Shown: piece by piece, positions 8,889-17,535 of the stretch
Layout: every line of letters begins with the position of its first letter
How positions within the stretch are numbered: position 1 is the first letter of the stretch
DNA from: a virus
Lineage: Duplodnaviria > Caudoviricetes
Direction: 5' to 3' (one strand)
Virus record (IMG/VR): IMGVR_UViG_3300043118_000021
Span: 1 to 39,278 of that record
DNA length: 39,278 bases
The notes under the pieces: generated by a model
The model's input: the letters and a program-made list of their open reading frames with translations, nothing else
Databases searched by the model: none
Told to the model about the DNA's origin: nothing
Translations under genes and position numbers: made by a program

Positions 8889-8915
8889 AAAAAAGAGGAG
8901 ATTTTACGCTCCCCT
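8889..8915 (-). terminator. Intrinsic terminator insulating the attP promoter
   Basis: AGGGGAG...CTCCTCT-TTTTT. Confidence 0.7.
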
Positions 8916-8937
8916 TAAATAATAAAACTATTCTAAA

Positions 8938-9114
8938 TTATTCACCTTTCATTACTAAATTATCTTTAAACCTTAATACAGGCTTTCCACAATAACCCAT
9001 ATAATCCTTTACTTCCTCTATTACCTCTTCACTAAACCTTGCTCTACCATTCTTAACTAAATCCCTTATTCGCTCCTGCACGCCTTCCTCAAACTCTCTT
9101 AAATAGAATTTCAT
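8938..9114 (-). CDS. Small hypothetical protein (58 aa)
   Basis: Not in track; MKFYLREFEEGVQERIRDLV...KGE*. Confidence 0.55.
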   Translation of the reverse strand: MKFYLREFEEGVQERIRDLVKNGRARFSEEVIEEVKDYMGYCGKPVLRFKDNLVMKGE

Positions 9115-9125
9115 TTATATCATCC

Positions 9126-9368
9126 TTAATATTTTAATGGTGCATCATGGTGATCTTTATATTTCTCTAAATAATTCTGCATCCTGATCCTATAACCCCT
9201 CTTAGTCCTTCCACCCATATCCCTATAATCTCCCTGACCTTCTAATAAACAATCTAACTCTATCCTGACCGCCCAACATAGATCATTAATATCTTTCTGA
9301 CTAACTAAATCTAATTGAGCTCTATCTGGAAAATCTTTAACAGCCTGATCAAAAATATTATCTCCCAT
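9126..9368 (-). CDS. Hypothetical protein
   Basis: 80-aa ORF, AGGAGG RBS. Confidence 0.65.
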   Translation of the reverse strand: MGDNIFDQAVKDFPDRAQLDLVSQKDINDLCWAVRIELDCLLEGQGDYRDMGGRTKRGYRIRMQNYLEKYKDHHDAPLKY

Positions 9369-9598
9369 TATTTCTCCTCCTTTAATTTTGCTAATAATTT
9401 CTTGCTATCTATATCCATATTATTCTCATAACTAATCTGCTTTATATCTAACTCTAATCTACTTAATTCATGATCTAACAACAATACTACTTCTCTTAAA
9501 CTTCTGTAACTATCTTCACCCTCCGCTGACTTATCAAGACCATTATATATCATATTCCTTAATTCTTCTACTCTATCCAACACTCCTTGCTTTTTCAC
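9368..9598 (-). CDS. Hypothetical protein
   Basis: Likely GTG start at 9598 after AGGAGGAG. Confidence 0.6.
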   Translation of the reverse strand: MKKQGVLDRVEELRNMIYNGLDKSAEGEDSYRSLREVVLLLDHELSRLELDIKQISYENNMDIDSKKLLAKLKEEK

Positions 9599-9655
9599 TT
9601 GCTCTCCTCCTTTTATTAAGAAGGGAAGGAATTTTAAATCCTTCCCTATCATTTA

Positions 9656-9889
9656 CTATCTATTAATCAATGCCCCTGCTAAATGCTTTAAATAATCATT
9701 TACATTACCATTCTTAAAATCTATTATTAACAACTTATTGCTAATTCCTTCTCTTTCGATCTTAGGTGCATTTAATATAGCCTCTATTACTACCTCATTA
9801 CTGATTATATGCTTATTACCTTGATCATCTTTTAACTCCCACTCTACAAATCCTAAATCTTTTTCCTCAAAAAATTTCTTTAAATTCAT
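9656..9889 (-). CDS. Hypothetical phage protein (early cassette)
   Basis: 77 aa, downstream of a consensus promoter. Confidence 0.7.
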   Translation of the reverse strand: MNLKKFFEEKDLGFVEWELKDDQGNKHIISNEVVIEAILNAPKIEREGISNKLLIIDFKNGNVNDYLKHLAGALINR

Positions 9890-9918
9890 TTATCTCATCT
9901 CCTTTATCTTATACTTAT

Positions 9919-9947
9919 ATTATATATGAACCTATATAATATGTCAA
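9919..9947 (-). promoter_or_regulatory. Consensus sigmaA promoter
   Basis: TTGACA-N17-TATAAT. Confidence 0.9.
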
Positions 9948-9956
9948 GAAAAAAAT

Positions 9957-10172
9957 TTATATTTTTTCGATCTCACCTTTAAAATTTCCATTATCTCTTA
10001 TACCGAATTGATAACCATATTCACTTTTAAAATTATACTTTATTCCATCCTTAACTTTTCTTGTACTTAATAATTTTGCTACCTGCTCTTCTTTAATTTT
10101 TTCATTTCCTAAGCCTGCTTTATAAGAAATGATCTTTACCTCTTCACCTTTTTTAATATCTTTTAATTTCAT
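9957..10172 (-). CDS. Hypothetical basic protein (early cassette)
   Basis: 71 aa, GAGGAGG RBS. Confidence 0.65.
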   Translation of the reverse strand: MKLKDIKKGEEVKIISYKAGLGNEKIKEEQVAKLLSTRKVKDGIKYNFKSEYGYQFGIRDNGNFKGEIEKI

Positions 10173-10207
10173 TTATATTTCCTCCTCATTTATTATCTTA
10201 TACTTAT

Positions 10208-10236
10208 ATTATACAGGTAGCTATATAATATGTCAA
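10208..10236 (-). promoter_or_regulatory. Consensus sigmaA promoter
   Basis: TTGACA-N17-TATAAT. Confidence 0.9.
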
Positions 10237-10340
10237 CAAAAATAAAAGAAATCTTTAATATATGATCTCCACAAATTAAAAAGTCCGCACATATACCCAC
10301 ATAGAGAAAACTTTTTCCTCATAGAGCCTCCTAAATAAAG

Positions 10341-10372
10341 AAAAATGCAGGGAAAATAAAAATCCCTACATT
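10341..10372 (-). terminator. Intrinsic terminator
   Basis: ATGTAGGGA...TCCCTGCAT-TTT. Confidence 0.65.
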
Positions 10373-10823
10373 AATATACTATCTTATTTAATTTTTTATA
10401 TTGCTTTTCATTCGCTTTAACTAATACATCCATTACCTCATCACTATCTAATTTCTTTAATCTAATTACTGCTCTCGATTTATCTTTCTTTCTTCCTCCA
10501 ATCGCTCCACCAACTAAAGCTCCAGCTCCTCCAGTTAATGCTCCACCTACTACAGCCCCTGCAACTGCTTTTCCTAAACTTCTTTCTGCATCCTCTTCCC
10601 AACTTAACCCTAATACCTCATATTCCTTTAATTTATACTTTTTACCTGCCATTAATCTATTATCCCCATACTTACTCCTGATCCTAATAGTACTACCTCT
10701 ATAGCCTCTTAATCCTCCTATATAATCACATACTACTAAAATTAGCATCTGATCCGCTTGATCCTCTTTAGCTCTGAACTTCATATCAGCAATACCCTCT
10801 TTAAATTTATCTACCAGCCACAT
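10371..10823 (-). CDS. Glycine-zipper membrane-associated protein (moron-like)
   Basis: GKAVAGAVVGGALTGGAGALVGGAIGGRKK; own promoter and terminator. Confidence 0.7.
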   Translation of the reverse strand: MWLVDKFKEGIADMKFRAKEDQADQMLILVVCDYIGGLRGYRGSTIRIRSKYGDNRLMAGKKYKLKEYEVLGLSWEEDAERSLGKAVAGAVVGGALTGGAGALVGGAIGGRKKDKSRAVIRLKKLDSDEVMDVLVKANEKQYKKLNKIVY

Positions 10824-10843
10824 AATACCACTCCTTTTCTTTT

Positions 10844-10872
10844 ATTATACAGGTATTTCCTATTATTCTCAA
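10844..10872 (-). promoter_or_regulatory. sigmaA promoter
   Basis: TTGAGA-N17-TATAAT. Confidence 0.75.
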
Positions 10873-11054
10873 CTAATAAATGTACCCACTAACTCTTTAT
10901 ACCCATTCTCATAAGTAAATATATGAAAAGCCTCTCCATTAAGGAAAGGCACTCTCACAATTTCTAACCATCCTTTATTATAACCATTAAGATGGTGAGG
11001 ATATAATCTCTCTATAAATAATTCTAAATTACTCTTCTTTTTGAATTTTAGCAT
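10869..11054 (-). CDS. Hypothetical protein
   Basis: 61-aa ORF in a packed run. Confidence 0.55.
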   Translation of the reverse strand: MLKFKKKSNLELFIERLYPHHLNGYNKGWLEIVRVPFLNGEAFHIFTYENGYKELVGTFIS

Positions 11055-11279
11055 TTAATCTCTCCTATAAATTATTTTACCTTTATGCTCATTATAAATA
11101 TCTGTTAATTCTATTGCTACATACATAAAAGCTGATATATATCCTAATATGAACATACAAAAACCTTCCATAAGATCTTTAACTAAGATCTCATTATAAC
11201 GATCTAATATATCTTTAATACATTTTATAGCACTTAAAAACCCTAAAATAAACCAACTAATTATAATCCATTTCCACAC
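11055..11279 (-). CDS. Small membrane protein (2 hydrophobic segments)
   Basis: 74 aa, hydrophobic stretches. Confidence 0.6.
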   Translation of the reverse strand: MWKWIIISWFILGFLSAIKCIKDILDRYNEILVKDLMEGFCMFILGYISAFMYVAIELTDIYNEHKGKIIYRRD

Positions 11280-11373
11280 TATCTATCATCTCCTATAAAT
11301 ACATAATTCATCATTCTATAGACTATTAATCCTACAGCTAATATAATCCCCATCATTCCTAATAAATCTAATA

Positions 11374-11547
11374 TCATTCAATCACATTCTTTGTATAATT
11401 ACTTCCTTTTAAATGTCCTTTAAATGTACTCGGCATTAAATCAGCCTCTCCTCCGCATATACAATTATCCATCATCCTATTATCTACTTTCTTTAATTTC
11501 TGAAACTCATTCCCACACGCTCTGCATTTATAATTATAGATAGGCAT
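11374..11547 (-). CDS. FmdB-like zinc-ribbon protein (57 aa)
   Basis: Not in track; MPIYNYKCRACGNEFQ...CICGG. Confidence 0.75.
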   Translation of the reverse strand: MPIYNYKCRACGNEFQKLKKVDNRMMDNCICGGEADLMPSTFKGHLKGSNYTKNVIE

Positions 11548-11550
11548 TTT

Positions 11551-11943
11551 CTACTCTCCTTTATATTTAAATACTACCTGATATCCTTTCAAGCAACTTA
11601 CAGGCTCATCTACTCCTGTATTATTTATTAAAGCGATTATATCGCCATTATCATCCTCTACTCTAACCTCTTCAACTTCATCTAAAGCATTATTTTCCCT
11701 GTACTTATAATCTACACCATTAAAATCAACAGCATCTTCTATTAATATAGCATTTAATAATATATCAGTCTCAATCTTTAAAAAGATATCCTCATTTACC
11801 TTATCACTTCTTGTCCTTACACCTTTAATACATATATTACCGCCTGTATCCATATAATATACTCTATCTCCGATTTTTACATTATTACTTAAAGGCTCAA
11901 TAGCTAACCAATCAAATACCTCTGCTATACACTTTAATTCCAT
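11551..11943 (-). CDS. Hypothetical protein
   Basis: 130 aa, AGGAGG RBS. Confidence 0.65.
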   Translation of the reverse strand: MELKCIAEVFDWLAIEPLSNNVKIGDRVYYMDTGGNICIKGVRTRSDKVNEDIFLKIETDILLNAILIEDAVDFNGVDYKYRENNALDEVEEVRVEDDNGDIIALINNTGVDEPVSCLKGYQVVFKYKGE

Positions 11944-11960
11944 TTATATCTCCTCCTTAA

Positions 11961-12212
11961 TCATTCTGCCAAACCCATTCCTGCTAATATCATTGCAACG
12001 CCAGCTCCACGCCTTAAACTCTCTTTTAACTCTTCCTCAATTACCTCTATACTATATCTTTTATCATTTGCTACCTCTACAGCACCTTTAAAATCAAAAT
12101 TATCTAATACACTATCAGCAACTAAATATCTACCTTGCTCACTCTTTACCCTACTATATAAATAATCTTTACTGAACTCTCTTAAATCCTTTTCACTTAT
12201 TGGTCTTTTCAT
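11961..12212 (-). CDS. Hypothetical protein
   Basis: 83 aa, RBS present. Confidence 0.6.
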   Translation of the reverse strand: MKRPISEKDLREFSKDYLYSRVKSEQGRYLVADSVLDNFDFKGAVEVANDKRYSIEVIEEELKESLRRGAGVAMILAGMGLAE

Positions 12213-12224
12213 TTTCCCTCTCCT

Positions 12225-12488
12225 TTATGGAAATTCAGCTCCCTCAACTGGAAACTCTTTTAAAAACTCTGTAAAATCATCCTGATCTATAATATAATCA
12301 TGACCTATCTTCTTTTTATAATGAGCTGATCCCTTCATTATCCATCCAATATAATCTACTCCATTAAATACATTACTATTTATATGATCTAAATATACTC
12401 TTGCTCTCGGCTGTATTTCTTCTCCTTCTTTTATAATTTTACTCATTTTATTTCTCCATTCTCGGATTATATACTTCCCCATCTTCAA
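12225..12488 (-). CDS. Hypothetical protein (true start probably the internal MSKII)
   Basis: ORF in a packed run. Confidence 0.55.
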   Translation of the reverse strand: MKMGKYIIREWRNKMSKIIKEGEEIQPRARVYLDHINSNVFNGVDYIGWIMKGSAHYKKKIGHDYIIDQDDFTEFLKEFPVEGAEFP

Positions 12489-12852
12489 TTATAAAAGGCT
12501 CTCCCTGCTTAGCATGAGGAAATGATCCATGAATAGCCATACCAGCAAAATAATTAGCTCCCTTACTATTATCACTATTACAGATCATTTTAGCCTTTTC
12601 TAAGCTAATATCTTCATTCGTGATATACTGATTACTTTTCCTGCTAAATAATATAATGTCATAAGTCATTTCATTATAAAATTTATCCAATACCTTATCA
12701 GATATATTTTCTTTAGGATTAAATAGATTGATCCTATCCTCTTTATCTATAACTCCTTGATCTAATAACCACTCAACTAACTTCTTATCCCCATAATCAT
12801 ATATCTCACCTTCTTCTAAATACTCCTCAACAGGTATATAGAAATCTCTCAC
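12448..12852 (-). CDS. Hypothetical protein
   Basis: 134-aa ORF. Confidence 0.6.
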   Translation of the reverse strand: MRDFYIPVEEYLEEGEIYDYGDKKLVEWLLDQGVIDKEDRINLFNPKENISDKVLDKFYNEMTYDIILFSRKSNQYITNEDISLEKAKMICNSDNSKGANYFAGMAIHGSFPHAKQGEPFIIEDGEVYNPRMEK

Positions 12853-13100
12853 TTAAGATCACCTAAATAATTCTCGACCTTCTTTTCCAGCCTTTTAAGC
12901 TCTTCTATTTGATTTATCTTCTTTAATAATACATTTACTCCAAACTTTATATCTAATACAGCATCATTATTAAGATCTGCTGAAACAAATTCATTTACTA
13001 CTCCTAATTCATTTAAAAATTCCTGCTTTTTCTCTCTTTTATCATATCTTATCTGCTCTAACCATTTTTCCGCTTTCATTTGTTCTTTCACTTTATTCAA
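12849..13100 (-). CDS. Hypothetical coiled-coil protein
   Basis: 83-aa ORF. Confidence 0.55.
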   Translation of the reverse strand: MNKVKEQMKAEKWLEQIRYDKREKKQEFLNELGVVNEFVSADLNNDAVLDIKFGVNVLLKKINQIEELKRLEKKVENYLGDLK

Positions 13101-13243
13101 CTCCTTACATTATCTTACTTATCCAATATAAATACATAACACTTGCACCGATTAAAAACCATAACAATTCACTCACTTTAACCACTTCTTAACTATCCCA
13201 TAAATAATAAAAGGTAAAAATGCAATACCTGCCAACCATTCCA

Positions 13244-13477
13244 TTAACTTCTCCACCCCATTCCTGTACGCTTAATAATTCTATCCAGCATTTTCTTAAC
13301 CATTCTATTATTACCCTCTCTTAAATATCTTAAAGCTGAATTTGCATCTCCATTATAAGCCTGCTGATCATACCCATCAGCCATCTTACCCGCTGTAAAC
13401 ATACTACATAATAAAAATCCTGCTATTACTCCTATTCCCGCTCCTACTAAGAATAAAATCATTTTATTTCCTCCCAT
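13244..13477 (-). CDS. Small protein with N-terminal TM helix
   Basis: ILFLVGAGIGVIAGFLLCSMF. Confidence 0.6.
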   Translation of the reverse strand: MGGNKMILFLVGAGIGVIAGFLLCSMFTAGKMADGYDQQAYNGDANSALRYLREGNNRMVKKMLDRIIKRTGMGWRS

Positions 13478-13937
13478 CTCTTTTCATTGTACTTACTTCT
13501 AACTCATGTTCTCCCGGACTCCATACCACAACTGCACTTGGAAATGGAGCAGAATTCTCACTATTACCAAACTTTAATCTACCTTTTATAAATCTAACTT
13601 CTTTAGCATAAGGGAAAATATGATTATGCCAATACCTTGTATCTGTTCTTGCAGGTATTAAACCTACTACTGTACTCTCTCTCTCTGCCTCTTCTTTAGC
13701 CTTCTTAACCCATTTCTTTATTTCTCTACCATAAGGAGGGTTCATAAATACTATATTATCTCCCCAGCTTTTCTTTAAACCATCATCCTCTGGCGTAAAA
13801 TACTTATCACATTTAGCTGTTTGAGGTACACAACAAGGATCTAAAGTGAAATTAAATTCCTCATTCAATCCATCAAAAAACTCTTGCGGTGTTTCATACT
13901 TCATATCTTTACTTGAAAAATGAACTTTATTAAACAT
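13464..13937 (-). CDS. Phage DNA N6-adenine methyltransferase (Dam, T1/HP1-type)
   Basis: YETPQEFF, FTLDPC, DGLKKSW, FMNPPY, PARTDT, GRLKF and APFPS motifs. Confidence 0.92.
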   Translation of the reverse strand: MFNKVHFSSKDMKYETPQEFFDGLNEEFNFTLDPCCVPQTAKCDKYFTPEDDGLKKSWGDNIVFMNPPYGREIKKWVKKAKEEAERESTVVGLIPARTDTRYWHNHIFPYAKEVRFIKGRLKFGNSENSAPFPSAVVVWSPGEHELEVSTMKRDGRK

Positions 13938-13957
13938 TCTTTATCGCCTCCTATTAA

Positions 13958-13988
13958 TATATAAAAGATCACTATCTAAATATTAAAG
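13958..13988 (-). promoter_or_regulatory. Putative middle-class promoter M1
   Basis: CTTTAA-N14-TCTTTTATATA (variant -35). Confidence 0.6.
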
Positions 13989-15382
13989 TGCTTTCTATCA
14001 TGAACTTTAACTCTACTTCCTTTTTCACTTATTTGAACAGCAAAATCAAATCCATCAAATAGATCATCATGCTCTACATCAGGAAATAATAATAACTGCT
14101 CCTCAAAATCTTCCATATTCTTTCTAAAGAATACTTTTCCATTTTCAAATAATGCTGATCTCCTCATTGCTCTACTTATCTTATCCCTACTCGTCTTTAT
14201 CTTATGAATAGGTAAACTACTACTTCTTTTTAGTTCCTGAGCCATTGCCATCTGATAACTATTACTCTCAATTCCTATACCTTCTACCATAGGAAACTTA
14301 TTATTTCCATATTGAATTATTCTATTTAACTGAGTATCAAATGTCATCCTCTCTTTAACATAATCCAATACAAATATATTCATCTCTCTATCTATCCCTA
14401 TTACCATCAATACAAAATAATCTGCTGTATCTTTCTGACTAATAGCTAAATCAATACCAAAATAAACTTTAACTTCTCTTCTTTCTCCTTCATGATCTAC
14501 AAATACTTCATTTTTCCTACCGATTTTATAATTATCATAATACCTAAAATAATTCGGCTTAAATATAGTACCCTTAGCTAACTCAACATCATTCTGATAC
14601 TGCATATTAAAGATTATACTTCCTGCCTCAGCCTTTTTTCTCCTTAACTTATCAGCACTAAATTTCCTCTCCCATAAACTCCTGCCATCATCCTGTATTG
14701 CTTTCTGCACCTGCACACTATACTCTCCACTATCAATAAATGTCTGATACAAATCTAAAGGATTATATCTCGTACCTAATATATGAATTTCTCCATGAGG
14801 CTCTAAAGTAGGTAATAATGAACTATAAAACCATTCCTTTAACTTATTCCTCTGAGTCTCTGTCCTTGCATTCTCAAACCCAACTAAATCATCACCAATA
14901 ATAACATCAAAGTGCTTACTTACTACCTGCCCACTTGCTCCTAATGCAGTTAATGTACTCTCTTTCTTAATTTTTGTACGAGTATTAACTGTAAACTGCC
15001 TCCCACTCCAATCACTACTACTTAAATCACCAAAGATCCTTAATAAATCCTCATTAACATCAAAATGAGTTCTAACCTCTTTTAGAAATGCCTCTGCCTG
15101 CCCTTGAGTCTTACTCCCTATCATAATCCTTATATTTGGCTCTCTTAATATCTTAGTAATACAATAATCTACATCTCCTACAGTAGATTTACCAAACCCT
15201 CTCGGAGCTAAATCCAATGTACTATCTCTATAAGTTATATGCTTTATTATCTTCCTATGAACAGGCTTTAATATTCTCTTAGTAATAAATGTACTAACTG
15301 CTATATATGCAGTCTCAAAATCCTTCTCTAATATCAATTCCTTTATATAGCTATCAGGTATATACTCTCCCTGCCATATCAT
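13976..15382 (-). CDS. terL: Terminase large subunit
   Basis: PRGFGKS Walker A, IIGDD Walker B, GTR coupling motif, GIDLA and HDDLFD nuclease motifs. Confidence 0.95.
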   Translation of the reverse strand: MIWQGEYIPDSYIKELILEKDFETAYIAVSTFITKRILKPVHRKIIKHITYRDSTLDLAPRGFGKSTVGDVDYCITKILREPNIRIMIGSKTQGQAEAFLKEVRTHFDVNEDLLRIFGDLSSSDWSGRQFTVNTRTKIKKESTLTALGASGQVVSKHFDVIIGDDLVGFENARTETQRNKLKEWFYSSLLPTLEPHGEIHILGTRYNPLDLYQTFIDSGEYSVQVQKAIQDDGRSLWERKFSADKLRRKKAEAGSIIFNMQYQNDVELAKGTIFKPNYFRYYDNYKIGRKNEVFVDHEGERREVKVYFGIDLAISQKDTADYFVLMVIGIDREMNIFVLDYVKERMTFDTQLNRIIQYGNNKFPMVEGIGIESNSYQMAMAQELKRSSSLPIHKIKTSRDKISRAMRRSALFENGKVFFRKNMEDFEEQLLLFPDVEHDDLFDGFDFAVQISEKGSRVKVHDRKHFNI

Positions 15383-15402
15383 TATTAATTACCTCCTAAA
15401 CT

Positions 15403-15433
15403 AAAAAAGCCCTATCCATTTAAGGATAAGGCT
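15403..15433 (-). terminator. Strong terminator directly upstream of terL RBS
   Basis: AGCCTTATCC-TTAAAT-GGATAGGGCT-TTTTT. Confidence 0.8.
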
Positions 15434-15440
15434 CTCTAAT

Positions 15441-15641
15441 CTATTTAACTATCTTTCCTCTCAAATCTCTTATCTCTTCCCTGAGCTTTATATTTTCCTC
15501 TCTTACTTTATTAGCATTCTCTACTTTTTCTCTCAACTCAGATATTTGCCTCTTATACTCTATTAATTCCCTCTCCAGCTCCAATACATATTTACTTAAA
15601 TCTAAATCATCATAACTCGCTATCTCCTTTAGATTTTTCAA
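15441..15641 (-). CDS. Hypothetical coiled-coil protein
   Basis: 66-aa ORF. Confidence 0.55.
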   Translation of the reverse strand: MKNLKEIASYDDLDLSKYVLELERELIEYKRQISELREKVENANKVREENIKLREEIRDLRGKIVK

Positions 15642-16029
15642 TATTCAACGCCTCCGCATTTTCTATTCTCTCCTGCTGTCCTTTTATCTTTAGCATTGTA
15701 CTAATAACTGTAGAATTTAATAATCCATCCTCTAAGATAATAGCTTGCAGATCTTCGTAATCCTGATCATCTATTTCTAACCCTATTTCCTCTAATATCT
15801 CATCAATATCAATTTCTTTATCAGCATAACGCTCATTTAACTCATCATCCTTAAGTATATATCTTAAAGCTAAATAACCACCTTCTAAGGTCATTCTCCC
15901 TTTTTCTATTCGCTCTTCTACTATCTCTATACCTCTCTTAGATACTTCTTCATTATTAATTTCATCAATTACCTCTGATAGATCATTAAAATAAACCTCT
16001 TCTTTTTCTCCGAATACTGTTAATTCCAT
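15610..16029 (-). CDS. Hypothetical acidic protein
   Basis: 139-aa ORF. Confidence 0.6.
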   Translation of the reverse strand: MELTVFGEKEEVYFNDLSEVIDEINNEEVSKRGIEIVEERIEKGRMTLEGGYLALRYILKDDELNERYADKEIDIDEILEEIGLEIDDQDYEDLQAIILEDGLLNSTVISTMLKIKGQQERIENAEALNIEKSKGDSEL

Positions 16030-16940
16030 TACATTCTCCTCACTTGAAAAACTCCCCCATAATAACCGTCCCTTACTACCTCTTTATTTCTTAGATTAAC
16101 AACTGTAAATGTAGAACTTGTTGGTAATAAATTTCCAGCCTCGAATTCAAATTCATCTTCCTTACCTACAGCTACTACAATTAACTTATCTCCTATAAGT
16201 ATATCTCTATCCTTTTCATACTTCTCTACATTTAATACCTCTAATTTATCTCCTACATTTAATTTAGGATTAATTTCAACCTTTACTTTTTCATTATTTA
16301 ATGCAAAATCTTTCTTTTTAACAAATACATTTTTACCTCGATAAAAATCATCCGCATGATCTATAATTTGTATAGTAAATTCTTCATTATCTTCTCCTAC
16401 AATTTTACCTAAATGCATATTATTACTAATTTTACATTGAACATCTCCTATACCTTTAACATAATCCCCTATATCAAATACATTTTCTATTTTAATTTCC
16501 TCAAAATATCTCCAAAATCCACTCTTATTAATAGAATAATCATTACCAATTTTAGTCTGATCTTCATGATCTAAAACTTTAATTCTAAATCCTGTATAAA
16601 ATGTACTCTCTTTATAAAATACTACTCCCGCTAACATTCTACTATCTGTTATATTATACTTATCATTCCCAGCAGGTAATCCTTTAACTAATAAACCCTC
16701 TTTAACTTCTTTCATTTCCTCTAAATCTCTTACATCAATTACCTTATACTCATCTTCCCGATCATCATAAATAACTGCATCTCTTCCTTCTTTATCCGCC
16801 CCTTCCAACACTTTCTCCAGCATTACACATTTACCTTCCAACATATACTCTTGCCCCTCTTCAAACTCAGGCTCAATTACTGGATCAAATTCAAAATTAC
16901 ATCCGCAATGAACATGGACACCTAATTCATCTAAACCCAT
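16029..16940 (-). CDS. Hypothetical protein with repeated SH3/KOW-like modules
   Basis: FEEGQEY, FDIGDYVKG and LNVGDKLEV module starts; internal repeat. Confidence 0.6.
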   Translation of the reverse strand: MGLDELGVHVHCGCNFEFDPVIEPEFEEGQEYMLEGKCVMLEKVLEGADKEGRDAVIYDDREDEYKVIDVRDLEEMKEVKEGLLVKGLPAGNDKYNITDSRMLAGVVFYKESTFYTGFRIKVLDHEDQTKIGNDYSINKSGFWRYFEEIKIENVFDIGDYVKGIGDVQCKISNNMHLGKIVGEDNEEFTIQIIDHADDFYRGKNVFVKKKDFALNNEKVKVEINPKLNVGDKLEVLNVEKYEKDRDILIGDKLIVVAVGKEDEFEFEAGNLLPTSSTFTVVNLRNKEVVRDGYYGGVFQVRRM

Positions 16941-16985
16941 AACTTATCAACCTCTTTCTTTAATATTTTTTATCTTACTCACTAA

Positions 16986-17016
16986 TATATAAAAGAACGA
17001 TCATTAATATTTTAAG
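16986..17016 (-). promoter_or_regulatory. Putative middle-class promoter M2
   Basis: CTTAAA-N14-TCTTTTATATA. Confidence 0.7.
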
Positions 17017-17535
17017 TTACTCTTCTTTTAATTCAGGAATATCTATATCCTCCATGATCTCTTTAATACTTCCCGCAAGATTATTAACTGCCTCTCTATC
17101 CTCAGCAGTAATATTATGACTATTCTTAGTCTCACTAACCTCAGCAGGCTCTCCCATCAATGTCAGATCTAATTTAATTAATCTTTCTAAATCCATTATA
17201 TTCTGAGGCTTAATATTTCCATTCTGCATCTCTTTTACAAATTCAGTAACAGCCAACTTAATAATCTTTCTATATTTAGCTTTCTCCTCTACTACTGTAT
17301 CTATTGCTTTTTCTTTTAATTTCTCTCCCACTTCTTCATCCCTTTCTCTTACTCTTTCCTGCCAATTAAACTGCCTACTCCACTCAGCTACAGTCCTATG
17401 AGCCTTTCCAAACTCATCCGCAACCTTAGTTAAATTCCTTTCCTTACCTAAACTATAATAATACTCAAAGCCCTCTTTCTGCTCCATATTCTCCCTTTTA
17501 TAACGCTCATAACCATCTACCATCATTACTCCCAC
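17017..17535 (-). CDS. terS: Probable terminase small subunit
   Basis: FEYYYSLGKERNLTKVA HTH, WSRQFNWQERV, helical C-terminus; upstream of terL. Confidence 0.75.
   Translation of the reverse strand: MGVMMVDGYERYKRENMEQKEGFEYYYSLGKERNLTKVADEFGKAHRTVAEWSRQFNWQERVRERDEEVGEKLKEKAIDTVVEEKAKYRKIIKLAVTEFVKEMQNGNIKPQNIMDLERLIKLDLTLMGEPAEVSETKNSHNITAEDREAVNNLAGSIKEIMEDIDIPELKEE

Noticed and set aside
9622-9647. AGGGAAGGA/TCCTTCCCT hairpin as a terminator
   Set aside because: Perfect 9-bp stem but no T tract; may be a processing or stability element, so not called
10233-10322. 29-aa ORF MRKKFSLCGYMCG... with AGGAGG RBS, or a cos-like site
   Set aside because: Follows a terminator, runs into a promoter and has no motif; insufficient support either way
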